Assembly: GCF_004010195.1 (NCBI RefSeq)
Contig: NC_057719.1
Span: 94,012,659 to 94,076,658 of the forward strand
DNA length: 64,000 bases
Direction: 5' to 3'
Source: Chiloscyllium plagiosum
Lineage: Eukaryota
The notes below the pieces were generated by a model. The model was not told the DNA's origin and did not search any database. It saw nothing but the letters and a program-made list of their open reading frames with translations. Below, in pieces: positions 1 to 12,804 of this stretch. Positions within the stretch are counted from its first letter, which is position 1. Every line of letters begins with the position of its first letter. The translations under genes and the position numbers were made by a program.

Positions 1-183
1 AAAATGTGTTGCTGGAACAGCGCAGCAGGTCAGGCAGCATCCAGGGAACAGGAATCCTGAAGAAGGGCTTATGCCCGAAACGTCGATTCTCCTGTTCCCT
101 GGATGCTGCCTGACCTGCTGCGCTGTTCTAGCAACACATTTTCAGCTCTGATCTCCAGCATCTGCAGACCTCACTTTCTCCTC
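1..183 (+). mobile_element. Penelope-like (Neptune-type) pLTR-derived fold-back element, left end cut by the window
   Basis: 1-56 is the near-perfect reverse complement of 85-142. The loop holds a hammerhead core. The same sequence ends the GIY-YIG PLE at 29780-30536. Confidence 0.85.
52..89 (+). ncRNA. Minimal type I hammerhead ribozyme motif
   Basis: gaatc-CTGAAGA-a-GGGC-ttat-GCCC-GAAA-cg-TC-gattc: intact core, 4-bp stem II, ACGT palindrome at stem III, gaatc/gattc stem I. Confidence 0.8.
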
Positions 184-377
184 GAAGATTTATATCACAG
201 GATGTCGAGGTTTCAGCTCTGAACTCTGTCACACACATCTCTGTGATGGCAAAAATGTCACACTCCCCCATGTCACCTCGTTCCCTTATGACCTCTGTCT
301 GTCCAAAACTATTCCCACCATTAAGGTAAAGGACATCATGACTGGAATACTCTGTAACTCGGAGTTCTTCAGTCATC

Positions 378-645
378 TAGATTTGATTACTTACAGTGCG
401 GAAACAGGCCCGTCGGCCCAACAAGTCCACACCGACCCGTCACCCTCACATTACCCCTTCACCTAACACTACAGGCAGTTTAGCATGCCCAATTCACCTC
501 ACCTGCACATATTTGGACTGTGGGAGGAAACCCACGCAGACAGGCGGAGAATGCACAAACTCCACCCAGTCAGTTGCCTGAGTCTGGAATTGAACCCGGG
601 TCTCTACCGCTGTGAGGTAGCGTGCTAGCCACTATGCCACCGTGG
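378..645 (-). mobile_element. HE1-like tRNA-derived SINE
   Basis: Reverse complement of the well-preserved SINE at 30864-31169 (A/B boxes, ggagtttg body, ggccgaagggcctgtttcc tail). Confidence 0.85.
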
Positions 646-839
646 TTACCCAGCTGCCTTTCTATGAAACAAAACTGTAAGTCTGGGACTGAATAATATT
701 AGTTGAATTGTAATTTATTTTTTAACAAACGTATTCATTAAATGAAACTTCCCAGAACTGAACATTCAGCTACACATACGATGAATTCCTGCTGACTAAT
801 TCCCTGGTCAGTGTGCAGAGGGGACAGCCCTCAGTAATG

Positions 840-967
840 GAGAGAGTCAGGACTGCAGATCCTGGTGATCAGAGTCAAAAGGTGTGGTGTCCTTCCAGCA
901 CAACGCGTCAGACAGCATCCGAGGAGCAGTAGAGTGAAAGCTTTCGACATTAACCCTTCATCAGGAA
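840..967 (-). mobile_element. PLE pLTR fragment with degenerate hammerhead
   Basis: Minus strand reads ttcCTGATGAagggttaatgtcGAAAgc followed by the gatgctg.. pLTR sequence. Confidence 0.65.
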
Positions 968-1009
968 GGCATTGGTGCCTTCAGAATTTTTCCATTCCAT
1001 GAATCATGG

Positions 1010-2680
1010 GATATTTGGAACCGTACTTGCTCAGGAGGGAAGCATTCAATGTAGCCCTAAAATGGAAAGTAGTCAATCAGTTGGTTGGACAAGGAATAGC
1101 CGAAGTGAGGTGAAGTCCATATGTAAGGATAGATAAATCCCCTGGGCCAGACAGGAAACAAGCGAGATTACTACAGGAAGTGAGGGAAGAGATTGCTATG
1201 CCTTTGGCGATGATCTTTGCGTGCCCACTGTCCACTGAAGTACTGCTAGATGGTTGGAGCATGGCACATGGTTTCCCTTGTATCTGGAAAGGGGACAGGG
1301 ATGCCTCTAGGAATTACAGGCCAGTCAGTATTGGGCAATGTATCGGAGAGGATTCTGAGAGACGAAATTTATGGTAACTTGGAAAATCATAGTTTGATTA
1401 GAGATAGTCAGCATGGCTTTGTGAGGGACAGATCATGCCTCACACAACTTATTGAATTCTTTTAGGATGGGACCAAACATATTGATGAAGGTAGAACAGT
1501 GGATTTGATGCACATGGATTTTAGCAAGGTGATTGTAAGTTATCCCAAGATCGGCTCATTCAGAAAGTAAGGAGGCATGGGATAGAGGGAAACAGGGAAA
1601 TCTGTCTGTGTGGATACAGAATTGTCTGGTCCATAGAAGACTGAGGGTGGTAGTACATGAAAAGTTTTCAGCCTGGTGCTCGGTGACTAGTGGTGTGTTC
1701 TGCAGGAATCGGTTCTGGTACTTCTGTTCTTTGTGATGTTATGAATGACTTGGTTGATAAAGTGAAAGGGTGCTTTCGTAAGTTTTACGATGTTACAAAG
1801 GATTTTTGGAGTTGTGGATTGTGTGGAGGGCTGCTATAGGTTGTAATGGGACATTGACACGATGCAGAACTGGGCTGATAACTGGCAGATTGTGTTCAAC
1901 CGGAATAAATGTGAAGTGATACATTTTGGAAGTTCTAATTTGAATGCAAAATACAGAGTTAAAGGTAGGATTCTTGGCAGTGTGGAGGACCATGGGAATC
2001 TTGTGGTGCATGTTATAGCACCTTCAAAGTTGTCACCCATGTTGATAAGGTTTTTAATACGTATGGATTTTTTCATTAGCCGGCTGATTGAGTTTGAGAG
2101 TCGTGAGGATATGTTGCAGCTCAAAAAATCTCTGGTGAGACTACACTTAGAATATTGCGTTCAGTTCTAGTTGCTTCATTACTGGAAAGACGTTGAAGCT
2201 TTGGAGAGGGTGCTGAGGAGGTTTATCAGGATGTTGTCTGTACTGGAGGGCATGTCTTACAAGGAAACGTTGAGGGATCATGGCCTACTCCCCTTGGGGC
2301 AAAGAAGAATGGGAGGTGATTTGATAAGCGTGTACAAGATGATGAGAGGCATACATAGAGTGGATAGCCAGAGACTTTCTCGCAGGGTGGGAATGGCTAT
2401 CACAAAGGGTCATAATGTTAAAGTGATTAAAGAAGGTTTGTGGAGATGTCAAAGGTAGGTTCTTTACACAGAGTGTGGTGGGTGCGTGGAATGCACTGCC
2501 AGCAGCGGTAGTACAGTCACCTAAATGAGGGATATTTAAGTGACTATTTGATAGGCGCATGAATGATCGAAAAATGAAGGGTATGTAGGATAGACTGATC
2601 TTAGAGTACGATGAAAGGTCACGAGGAAGTCAAGCGCTGAAGGGCCTACACTGTGCTGAACTTTTCTATGTTTCCTGTTT
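1010..2680 (+). mobile_element. CR1 (HER1-like) LINE, 5'-truncated, RT region plus 3' UTR, many stops and frameshifts
   Basis: Translated pieces NYRPVS, SQHGFVRDRSCLTQLIEFF, WADNWQIVFNRNKCEVIHFG, LVRLHLEYCVQF; ends in a ttctatg tail. Confidence 0.9.
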
Positions 2681-4039
2681 CACCCAGCTTGTAGTTTCTC
2701 ATCAATTGTTGAATGTGTGAGGGAGTGATGTGTGTGAGAACAGGAAGCTGGGGAGGTGCATTAACCCAAAGCTTCCTGTGATGTTTTTCATTGTTACAGT
2801 CACCTTAATGCCAGCACAATATTTCTTTTGGCCTACACCGGACAAAATCTGCCAAGTTCAGTTGTTAACATGAGTCTTGATTTGCCATTTGCTGCTGTTT
2901 TCTTCAGATACAATCTGTTGGGTGACCCATGTATTAATCAGATGTTTGCTATGTTTTGTGAATTGGGCAAATATAAGATGTGAACTATGATTATTCAACT
3001 GAACGATAAACTCTGAAAAGAATTAGGTCGATTCTATATCTAATATAAACACCAGTCAAGATTTTCTAACATAAAAATAAACAGCGCACATTTTATTTTA
3101 TGTCGAGCAACCAACATGAAGTCTAAGTATTTTGGCGATCAGAAGTACATATTCGATGCCAGGATTCAAAACAATGCATTGTCAGTCCAACATTTTGAAA
3201 GTGGTTGGATTTTGAATGATTACATGTTCAGAGTGAGCAAAAGATTGAAAGATTCAGTAGAATTAGCATTCGTATACATTTATATATAATCAATCAGTTT
3301 AATTTACCACTGAAATGTACGAGCTTCAGCTATTTGCAGCAATTTAGAAATGGCTATAATTCAACATGCACGGCGAATATTAAACTAAATAAATGATTTG
3401 TGTTATCAAATTTGAGTGAAAAATAATTTGAAAACTTTCAATTTTTAGAAAGAATGATATTTAATATGAAATATGGACAGTGAAAAATAAACGATGAATA
3501 TATTATCGTGTGTGATACGTCAGACCTTTCCAAAGCGATTTGTGCTAAAGTAATGATATTCGTTTTATTGATGGAATACAACATTTAAAATATTAATGTT
3601 CTAAGCAATAATTAGACTTCATAATGAAGCCGACCTTGCAATACTTGCATTTTAAATGCTTATTCTACACCAATTCATCAGATATTTGCGAGCATTTACA
3701 ATGGGATATAATCGGATACTGACTGTTATTCACATCTGACACATGGTAGTATAATTCCTAACATTTATCTAAATAAAGATATTTTTTTCCTTATCTCACT
3801 CCTGGATCTTTTGCTGACAATCCTGAAATAAGAACTCATTGGTGCTGCAGTGCCAACTAATGGAAGCAGTGCATTCCTGTATTACTCTGCAACTTGTTTT
3901 TATACGTTTGAGCACTGCACTAAGTTCACATCTTTGTTCTGCTCCAGGAAGAATAAGCCTTGCAAGAATTGTAACAAATTCTACGTAGGAAAACACGCAG
4001 AAAACTAGCAACCAGGATACATGAACATTAATTAGCCAC

Positions 4040-4420
4040 AAAAAGCCATGACCACTGTTACCAGTATCATTATATACAGATGAGAAAGTACACCGCTTTG
4101 ACTGGATCTGCACATCCATCCTGGGACATGCCAAACAGAGACACGCACAAGAATTCCTAGAAGCATGACATTCCAACCGGAAATCCGTCAACATACACAT
4201 TGATTTTGACTCCATCTACCATCCCCCGAGAAAGAGAGCTGGAAATGTCATCATCAACACAGGAAATTTACATCACTAATTCAAGGAAGCCTAAACACTT
4301 AAATAGCAAGTGGGACATAACACCAACACTTCACCGGCGTCTCACTGTTGACATTCCCTAGTATGTGACAAACCGTCTGAAAATAAACTCTCCAACTGAG
4401 CGAGCAAACTGACATACAAA
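4040..4420 (+). mobile_element. PLE (Poseidon-type) GIY-YIG C-terminus plus pLTR fragment
   Basis: HRFDW..TSILGHAKQRHAQEFLEA..NIHID matches the ORF end of the PLE at 12716-13615; decayed hammerhead near 4343-4380. Confidence 0.75.
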
Positions 4421-4527
4421 ATAAGCCCAATTTCTCTCTTCATTCTTTTAACTAAATCCTTCGTTCCAGTTATCATTCTGAGTATTTAGAAGGTTACTGG
4501 TATTCTTCCGCAAAGTTATGCGTAATC

Positions 4528-4580
4528 TGTGTATGTGTGTATGTGTGTGTGTGTGTGTCAGAGAGAGAGAGAGAGAGAGA
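4528..4580. repeat. (TG)n(AG)n compound microsatellite
   Basis: Direct reading. Confidence 0.95.
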
Positions 4581-4589
4581 ACAATCCGC

Positions 4590-4815
4590 TGTAATTTCTG
4601 GTTACTCCCCGTGCCATGTGGAAAAGTAGCAAGGATGAGAAAGACAGTTTAGCTTAACACATTGTTAAAAAGCTAGTTCAGGCGTGGGGGTTTCAGATTT
4701 TTGGATCATTTGGATCTCTTCCAGGCAGGTGGGACCTAGACAAAATGGGCAGGTTGAATATTAATCAGAGAGCAACAACATCCTTATGGGAAGGTTTGCT
4801 AGTGTAAGTCGAATG
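4590..4815 (+). mobile_element. CR1 ORF1 SGNH-esterase C-terminal fragment
   Basis: Decayed VISG.LPVP...GFRFLDH...WDL...LN.R..NIL.GRFA pattern. Confidence 0.6.
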
Positions 4816-5640
4816 AATTTAAACCCACAAGCCATGAAAGCGGGTCAGAAACTGAGCATAAGGTAGAGGTGAATAGGACATCAGGCACGGCCAGTCTAAT
4901 TAGCATGCTGAGGAAAGGAATCATATCAGTTCAAAATATGAATTGGAATAAATGTTAGAGATGAGGCGCAGGTTTATCTGGGATTAACAAATAAAGATGG
5001 AGAGTATGGGGGGCATGAGGGAATGAGGTGTGTGAGATCAGGAAGCTCGTGCACAAGAAAATATTAAAGGGGAAAGAAGTTGGGATGGAGTGAGGTGGGG
5101 ATTGCTGTGAAAACAATTGGGAGTAAAGCACAGTAAAACTTGTTGTTTGTCAAAATGAATATCTGTGAACTAATGTATTATGTTTCAGAGAAATGGCACC
5201 CTTATAGCTAGAAGTCTGAATTAAAATGAGGGCAAACTTGTTTCCATGACATTGCTGTGGTTATCATAATGGTAGCAGACAGCTGGAATAATGTCAGTGC
5301 TGTTGTTGGTCGATGCTTACACTGAGCATGTGAATTACCATGGATGTTCCCAGAGTTGGCTGGGCTGCCCTAAGATGAGTAAGTGTTGATTCTCCATGGG
5401 ATGTTGCTGGTTTGTAATATAAAGGCAGTTACTGAGGACAGTCAAAGGAACAATACAGAAACTGCCATTCACAATTCCTTCAGCATATATCAGAGTGTTC
5501 ATGGATTCCACCACATAGAATCATTGAATGCAACTGCAAGCCTGCATCAACAAGTGCATTTCCAAAGGCTTTTTAAAAGTTTGTGAGGTTACCTGCCTCA
5601 AGCATCCTCCTAGGCAATGCATTCTAGAAGGATACAGCTA

Positions 5641-6008
5641 GGGGCAGCATGGTGACTCAGTGTCTAGCGCTCCTGCCTCACAGCACTGGGACCCAGGTTT
5701 GATTTCAGCCTCGGGTAACTCTCTGTGTGGAGTTTGCACATTCTACCCATGTCTGCGTGCATTTCGTCCTAGTGCTCCGTTTTTGTCCCACAATACAAAG
5801 ATGTGCAGGTTATGTGAATTGGCCATGGTAAATTGCCCATCGTGTTCAGGGATATGTAGGTAAGGTGCATTAGTGAAAGGTAGATATAGAAGGAATACGT
5901 TTGGGTGAGTTACTCTTTGGAGGGTGAGTTACTCTTTGGAGGGTCAGTGTGGGCTTGTTGGGCCAAAGGGGAAGTTTCCATACTGTGGGGATTCTGTATT
6001 CTATGTCT
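5641..6008 (+). mobile_element. HE1-like SINE with an internal 19-bp tandem duplication
   Basis: tRNA-like head, tgtggagtttgcac body, CR1-like tail; gggtgagttactctttgga occurs twice at about 5903-5940. Confidence 0.85.
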
Positions 6009-7969
6009 ATACCACCCTCTCAGTTCAAAACAGACTCCGCAAATCCTCTCTCAAACACCTGCCTTTCTCTTTAAGCATGTGTCTCTTTGTTTTTGACTCT
6101 ACGACCAAGGGAAACTTATGCCTCGCCCTTCACGTTTGAGTACTCAATTGTCTTGTTAATTCAGATGTGCATTATTTCACTTTTATCAGTGTTGAACTTC
6201 ATCGGCGATTGATCTGGTTATTGAAATCATCTGTTTATATCGTCCTGTAGCCTAACCCTTTTTGCCTCATTGTGAACTACCCAGCTAGTCTTTGTGTCAT
6301 CCCTAACATTATTTATCATTCCACAGCCATTCATCTTCCACATTCTCACCATCATCATTTAGGAATATCACAAACAAACCTTGATTTCCTTCTGTTCTCC
6401 AGATGATACTCTCAGATCTAGAATGAAGAATTCCAGTGTCTTGCTATTCTGATTTTGTCGAATTTACAGAACGATGTCGTTAACACCTATTATGAGGGAG
6501 CCATAAATAGCATTTTCGACTCAGAGCTGAATTTACCTGTGCTCATGTGCATGTGTTATTCGTTACATGTCTTATTCATAAAGCTTGTAAATAATTTAGG
6601 ATGAACTAGGGTTTGGCACCTTGCGTTGGAGCATTAGCATTTTGCGTGGCAATGTCCTTTGTAACATTCCCTGTAACGACAGAGCTGAAGAAATTATTCA
6701 TCTGCCGAATGGACAGAGACTCATTCATTGTTTGTTTGACTCAGTGAGTATGATGAGAATAAATATTCAATTAAATTCTACGTTGTGGACAAACTTCAGG
6801 AGACCAAATTATATGCTCATGTCTACCTTAAATTGGAAGCAAATACATATTGTAAAAAAATTCAGAAATGTTGAGACAAAACACTAAGGGAGAAAAAACA
6901 TGTCATCTGCACTTGTTGGAGATCCATAAATACAGAGTACATGCAAAATCTGATCAAGAACCAAGTGATAGAAAAAGAAGTACATGAAATGTTTTCTTAA
7001 TTTTGAATGGAAACCAGATCTCGATTTTCCTGAACAGTGATATTTTTTTTCACGCAATCTCACTTCCCTAAAACCAAGCTTTTCCCTATCACTAACACTT
7101 CACCTGCCACACCTCCTCCTCCATTCTACTCTTTCCGGACACTCCTACTTCCCTTGCACAATCCCTTCTGCTGCTACATACTCTTCCACTGATGCTATCT
7201 CTTCACATATTTTTTCTGCCACTCGCACTGTATGTTAAAACAATTCCCCAGTTACTTCCTCTTCCCCCTGGCTATCCATTCACTTTTTTACTTTCCAACT
7301 GGGATGATGGGAGCTGCTGGCTTCTGTGTTGCTATTGGTCATCAGTGAATGACAAGATTAAGATGATCAATGTCTAAGACGGACGGACAATAGTCTGTCT
7401 GTTACTGCCCGATTTTCCATGAACAGGGTGGCTTTGTTCCCCATGGTACAGAGTGGAACTTCTTTCCCTCTCTCTGTCACAGCGCTTAACCAAACAGCCA
7501 CATCACAAATAGAACAAGCCTCACCTCAGAATCAAAAGTTCATGCACCAGTTTTCCCTTAAACATTGTGAGGGAGAGTGAGCATATTGTTCAAACAAGCT
7601 GTGTTCGATCCTTTTGTTCTTCATTATTTTAATTGATTTTACAATGCCATTTGAGGCGAGGTCAGAGTGAATTCCCTTGTATTTGACTCATGTGGCATCG
7701 AGAGGACCCTGCACAACCTGTGGTAAACGGGAATCGGAGGAAATTCTGTGCTGGTAATTTTCTCACTGAGCAATGACACCTTCCCCAGAGCTATTGGGAA
7801 TGACAAATAAACTCTGCTCTTGCTCGTGCCTTCCAAAACCAGAGGTAAATTTGTCCTGTTAATAACACCAAGACATATGGTGTTTTCTCAGTTTGGTCTA
7901 AAGTCTCAGAAAAGTATGATCTTGCAAGTTGAGTGTCACCCCAGTGAAATCAGGACGTTACAAGATGAT

Positions 7970-10310
7970 CACGGTCCTGATTATTTTCACTCAGTTACTT
8001 TCTGAGGACTGTTCGAGTGATTTCAGTGACACTGAGTTCAACATCTTCTCTGTCCAGCAGCATCGCATCTCAACTCAAGGCTGCACCAGTCTACAATTAT
8101 AATTTATTGCTCGACTCATTCGCCCTGATAACCAACTGTACTCGGCCCACAGTTTGCAACAACGTCGAGACGCCCTTGACCCTCTGGAAACTGCTTCCCC
8201 ACCCATGCCTTGCACTCTGACTCCATCCCCTCCCCCAACCACACCGCCTGTCGTATATTCACCATTCCTCCTGAACTTCCACTTTCTGATACTGAATGTT
8301 CTGCACTCAGCAAAAACTTGAACTTTACCTCTCTGTGCCCTCACTTTAATGAATGTCGGGCTCAACATGATGGTGAACTCTTCTTCCATGGTCTTCGCCT
8401 CAGTCCCCATTTCTTTGAGCAAGATTCCTCTCCCTGTCGCATAGACCCCGTCACCTAGCTCCAACACTCTCCCTCCACCTCGACCCCTCCCTCTAGCATT
8501 TTACCTGAACTCAATCTATTCATTGAGAACTCACGACGTGACATTGGCTGTCTTAATTTCTCTTCATCCCCCTCACCCATACCAACCTATCACAATCTGA
8601 ACAGACTACTCTCCGTGCGCTTAGATCCAACCCTGATTGTATTATTCAGCCTGGGCCAATAAGGGTGGTGCTGCTGTGGTCTGATGGACTGATCACCACA
8701 GGCTGAGCACCCACTCTTAAATACGTCCTCCTATCTGAGGTCCATTAGCCTACCATGGGACATCAGGCCACTTTATCAACTACGATAACTGTCCACATTT
8801 CATCCTCAACTAACGGCCCCAAATCTGATGGCCCTCTGAATGCAGAGTTCGCTTTTATCTCCTCCTGAAAATCCACAAACAGAACTGGCTGGGCAGACAC
8901 ATTGCTTCAGCTTGCGGCTGCCACACAGAGGGGGTGCATGGATATACACATGGGCCCCAGTTATACCTGTTTCTGCATGTGGTGCGTAGACCATTCCCTG
9001 TTCCAGTTCTATTCCAGCCCCCATCCACAGCTCTTTCTCTGATACATAGATGTTTTCATCGCTGCTGCTTCTCCCTTTTGTCCAGAATTGGAAAAGTTCA
9101 TCGCTTCCAATTTGCTCCACTCCCACACATTCATCTGGTCTACCTCTGACTCCTCCCTTCCTTTCCTCGAAATCTCTGCTTCCATCTCTGGGGATAGACC
9201 AGCAACTGATAACCAGTATTAACCCACCGACTCCTAAAGCTAGCTGGAGTATACATCCTCACACCCTGTTTCCTGCAAATGCGGCATTCCATTCTCCCAG
9301 ATCATCCATCTCCACTGCATTGCTTCTGATGATGCCAAATTCAACAAGCAAGGCTTTGAAATGTCCACCTCTTTCCTCAAACATTTCCCAGCACTGTTGT
9401 CAACAGGGTCCTCAACTGCGTCTGACCCATCTCCTGCACTTCCAGCTTCCCCTTCCCCTTCCGTCCCACAACAGTGTTCCATATGTCCTTACCGACCATC
9501 TCACCAGCAATCACATGCAGAGGATCAGCAGCCAACATTTCCTCGCCCCCAACCCCAGCGAGATGCCACTACAAGACACATTTAACCTCATCTCCCTTGT
9601 CCGCCTTCTAGAGGGATCATTCCGTCCAGGACAACTGGTCTGTTCTGTATTCACTCCCACCACAGGTCCACTTCTCTTATCCCTGCCGGACATGTGACAC
9701 TTTCCCATTTACCTCCCCCCTCCTCAGGATCCAAGAGCACAACCATATCTTCCGGTGAAGCAGCACTTTACCAACACTTCCTACAATCCGGTCTACTACA
9801 TTCGTTGCTCACAACGTGGTCACCTCTACATTGGGGAAACGAAGGGTATACTGGTTGACCGCTTTGCAGAACTTCCATGTTGTATCTATGCAAAATACCC
9901 TGAACTTCAAGTTGCCTACCAGTTCACCAGCCCATCCTTTTCTCTGGCGAATATCTCTGTGTCAGGCTTGCTGCAATGTTCCAGAAAAGTTCAGTGCAAA
10001 CTGGAAGAACAACACATCATTTTCCATGTGCAGATCCTGCTGCCCTTCAGACTCAAAATCAAGTTCAATGTCCTAGCCCTCACCCATACATCATGTCTAC
10101 TTATTGCACAGCCTTCCATTACTCACCCCCTATTGTAAACTACACACAGTCTCCATGAACGCTATCCAGTCTATTCTGCGTATCTACCAACATTTTCCAG
10201 GCTACCACCATTTCGGAGGAAGGGTCACCGGATCCGAAACATGAACACTGATTTTTCTACACAGATGCTGCGGACTTGCTGAGCTTTTGCAGTAACTTGT
10301 GTTTTTATTT
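7970..10310 (+). mobile_element. Long degenerate Neptune-type Penelope-like element (RT plus GIY-YIG endonuclease plus pLTR)
   Basis: LSDTECSALSKNLNF, a KGGAAVV-like region, MGPSY, YYIRCSQRGHLYIGETK..RFAE (GIY-YIG), decayed hammerhead at 10214-10246. Confidence 0.85.
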
Positions 10311-10667
10311 TAGCATTTTCATGGCAAGTTCTCGCAAAGCAATGCATCATGGATATTTAGAGCCCTGTCAAACCTAGGAACTTTGTAATTTCTTATTTAA
10401 TGTCCAAAACAACTGAAATAGAAGCGTTTCTGTTATCGTTCAGATCAGACAATTTATCACAGTTCAGAAAGAAAAAAGAAATTGAGAGAGCTGGAGCGAA
10501 ACTTAGCACGTCTGGCACCATCTGAGCACAGATGCACAGAATAAACTTTTGATTCCAATATGACTTCTACAGAACAGTGTCATACCATATTCAATATATT
10601 TCGCTCACCAGATAATTCCTCATCTGTTGCATTTCGCCACCATTTTCCGTTTGTATTTCAGCCGTAT

Positions 10668-11715
10668 GTGTACGGGGAGTACAGTAGGGGGCAGTGGGCA
10701 GAGCGTTGGCTGTGCAGGAAGTACAGTGGCTGAGGACGCAGACGTGGGTGTACAGGTAGAACAGTAGGGGGCTGAGGGCACAACCGTGGCTGTACAGGGA
10801 GTACAGTAGAGTGTTGAGGGCACAGCCCTGTGTGTACAGGGTGTAGACTCTGGGCATGAGGGCCCAGCCATGGTATACCAGGGGTACAGTAGGGACTGAG
10901 AACAGTCATATGTGTACAGGGAGTAGAGTAGGGGGCTGAGGGCACTGCCATGTGTGTACAGGGAGTACAGTAGGGGGCACAGGGCACAGCTGAGGTGTAC
11001 AGGCTGCACAGTAGGGGGCTGTGGGCTCAGCTGTGTGTATACGGGGTGTGCAGTAGTGAGATGAAGACACAGGCTTGGGTGTACTGGGAGTACAGTAGGG
11101 GACTGAGGGCACAGCCGTGGGTGTCGAGGGAGTTGAGAAGGAGGCTGCGAGCACAGCCGTGTGTTTTAAAGGAAACAATAGGGGGCTGAGGGAAGAGCCG
11201 TGGGTGTACATGGGGTACAGTAGGGGGCTGAGGACACAGCTGTGGGTGTACAGGGAGAAGAGTAGGGCGTTGAGGACACTTCCATGGGTATACAGGGGTT
11301 GCTATAGGGAGCTGAGGGAACAGCTGAGGTGTACAGGGGGCAGAGTAGGGGGCTGAGGGCTCAACCAAATGTATATGATGTGTACAGTAGGGGGCTGAGG
11401 ACACAGCCTTGGGTGTCCAGGGAGTACAGTAGGGGACTGAGGGCAAAGCCGTGTGTGCACAGGGAGTAGAGTAGGGGGTTGAGGACACAGCCATGTGTGT
11501 ACAGGGAGTACAGTAGGGGGCTGAGGGCACAGCCATGGGTGCACAGGGAGTACAGTAGGGGGCTGAGGACACAGCTGTGGGTGTACAGTGAGTGCAGTAG
11601 GTGGCTGAGGACACAGATGTAGGTTTTCAGGGAGAATAGAAGGTGGCTGAAGGCACAGTCGTGGGTGTACGGGGAGCACGGTAGGGTGCTGAGGGCACAG
11701 ACGTGGGTTTACAGG
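10668..11715. repeat. 42-bp G-rich minisatellite, about 25 diverged units
   Basis: Unit ~gggtgtacagggagtacagtagggggctgagggcacagccgt; period 42 measured from 11511 to 11553; minus strand encodes GCVLSPLLYSLYTH. Confidence 0.95.
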
Positions 11716-12290
11716 AGGTACCAGCCTCTCGAAGCACTTTATGTTTAATGAGGTCAGAGGCACTGGGTGGTAGTCAGAATGCACGTTCCATGAGCTTTCT
11801 AACTTACAAGGATGATCTTGATCTTCTTGAAGCAGGGTGGGACTTCGGCTTGTAGAAGGGAGAAGCTGAAGATGTTTGTGAATGCCTTTGCCAGTTGATC
11901 CACTCAGGATCTGAGTGCACAGCCGAGTACAACGTCCAGGCCAGCTGCTTTCCTTGAGTTGAATAATAGGAAGACTGATTATGTCTGCAGCGGGTGACAG
12001 CGGGCACAGAAACATCTGAGGCTGTCGGGGCAGGTTCCAGCCTGGCAGACACACACAGTCATTCATTATAGACATTCCCTCCCCACCTCCCTCTGTCATC
12101 ATCAACACACAGTGACATTGGTTGTTGTGCTCAACACACAGTTCGTGTTGAGACAGAGTGACATCAATAGATGGGATTGTGCACCATCAAGATCTGTGTC
12201 ACTATAATGGGGTAAATTACCAACAAATAGGGAGCAGTGTGCTCCTACTGTCAGTGTTGCAGGGAGTGAAGACTTTACAGATGTCATTCC
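11716..12290 (-). mobile_element. Rex1/Babar-type LINE RT remnant
   Basis: Minus-strand RKAAGLDVVLGCALRS*VDQLAKAFTNIFSFSLLQAEVPPCFKKIKII and DYHPVPLTSLNIKCFERLV. Confidence 0.8.
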
Positions 12291-12764
12291 AGTCAAGCTA
12301 CTGCTTTAACCTAAATGGAGTCAAGCACCTTAAGTGTTATGCCTTGTCGATGGTGGACAGTCCTTAAGGAATCAGGAAGTGCCATACACGTGAACCACCT
12401 GATCGATGGACCTGTTGGCAGATTTTGTAAGTTTGCAGATAATGCATTGATGATTTTGAGCAAGGGGAAACCTACCCAAACTCTTGGACAGTTTAGGACT
12501 GTGGGAAAACACGTGGCTGACTGAGCACTATATAGGAACGTTTGAGATTATGCACTTTAGTAGGCGGAATAGAGGCAGACACTATTTTCAAGTAGGAGCA
12601 CATGAAATCAGAAGCACAAAAGGATTTTGAAGCCCTCGTCCTCTCTTATGGTTAATGTGCAGGTACAGTTGGCAGTTAGGAAAGCAAATGCAACGTTTGT
12701 GAGAAGATTTGTAGCTCAGGTGCTCGTTGTTGTGGTTCTGTTCGCCGAGCTGGGAATTTGTGTT

Positions 12765-12804
12765 GCAGACGTTTCGTCCCCTATCTGGGTGAAATCCTCA
12801 GTGC
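12765..12804 (-). ncRNA. Minimal hammerhead ribozyme motif (Poseidon-type pLTR)
   Basis: Minus strand gca-CTGAGGA-t-ttcacc-cagata-ggggac-GAAA-cg-TC-tgc; stem I gca/tgc is perfect, stem II is imperfect. Confidence 0.65.

Noticed and set aside
2780..2875. Possible GPCR exon 2 after the acceptor-like ttcattgttacag
   Set aside because: Phase-1 translation VTLMPAQYFFW.. lacks the TM1 Asn and other GPCR motifs and stops after about 25 codons.
9050..9697. 215-aa ORF
   Set aside because: Off-frame reading of the decayed Penelope RT region.
10668..11715. CRISPR-like array
   Set aside because: Units are head-to-tail with no unique spacers, there are no cas genes, and the context is vertebrate.
10591..12108. 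Long Pro/Cys/Thr-rich ORFs (up to 268 aa) resembling mucin or keratin-associated proteins
   Set aside because: They are alternative-frame translations of the 42-bp minisatellite and the Rex1 remnant.
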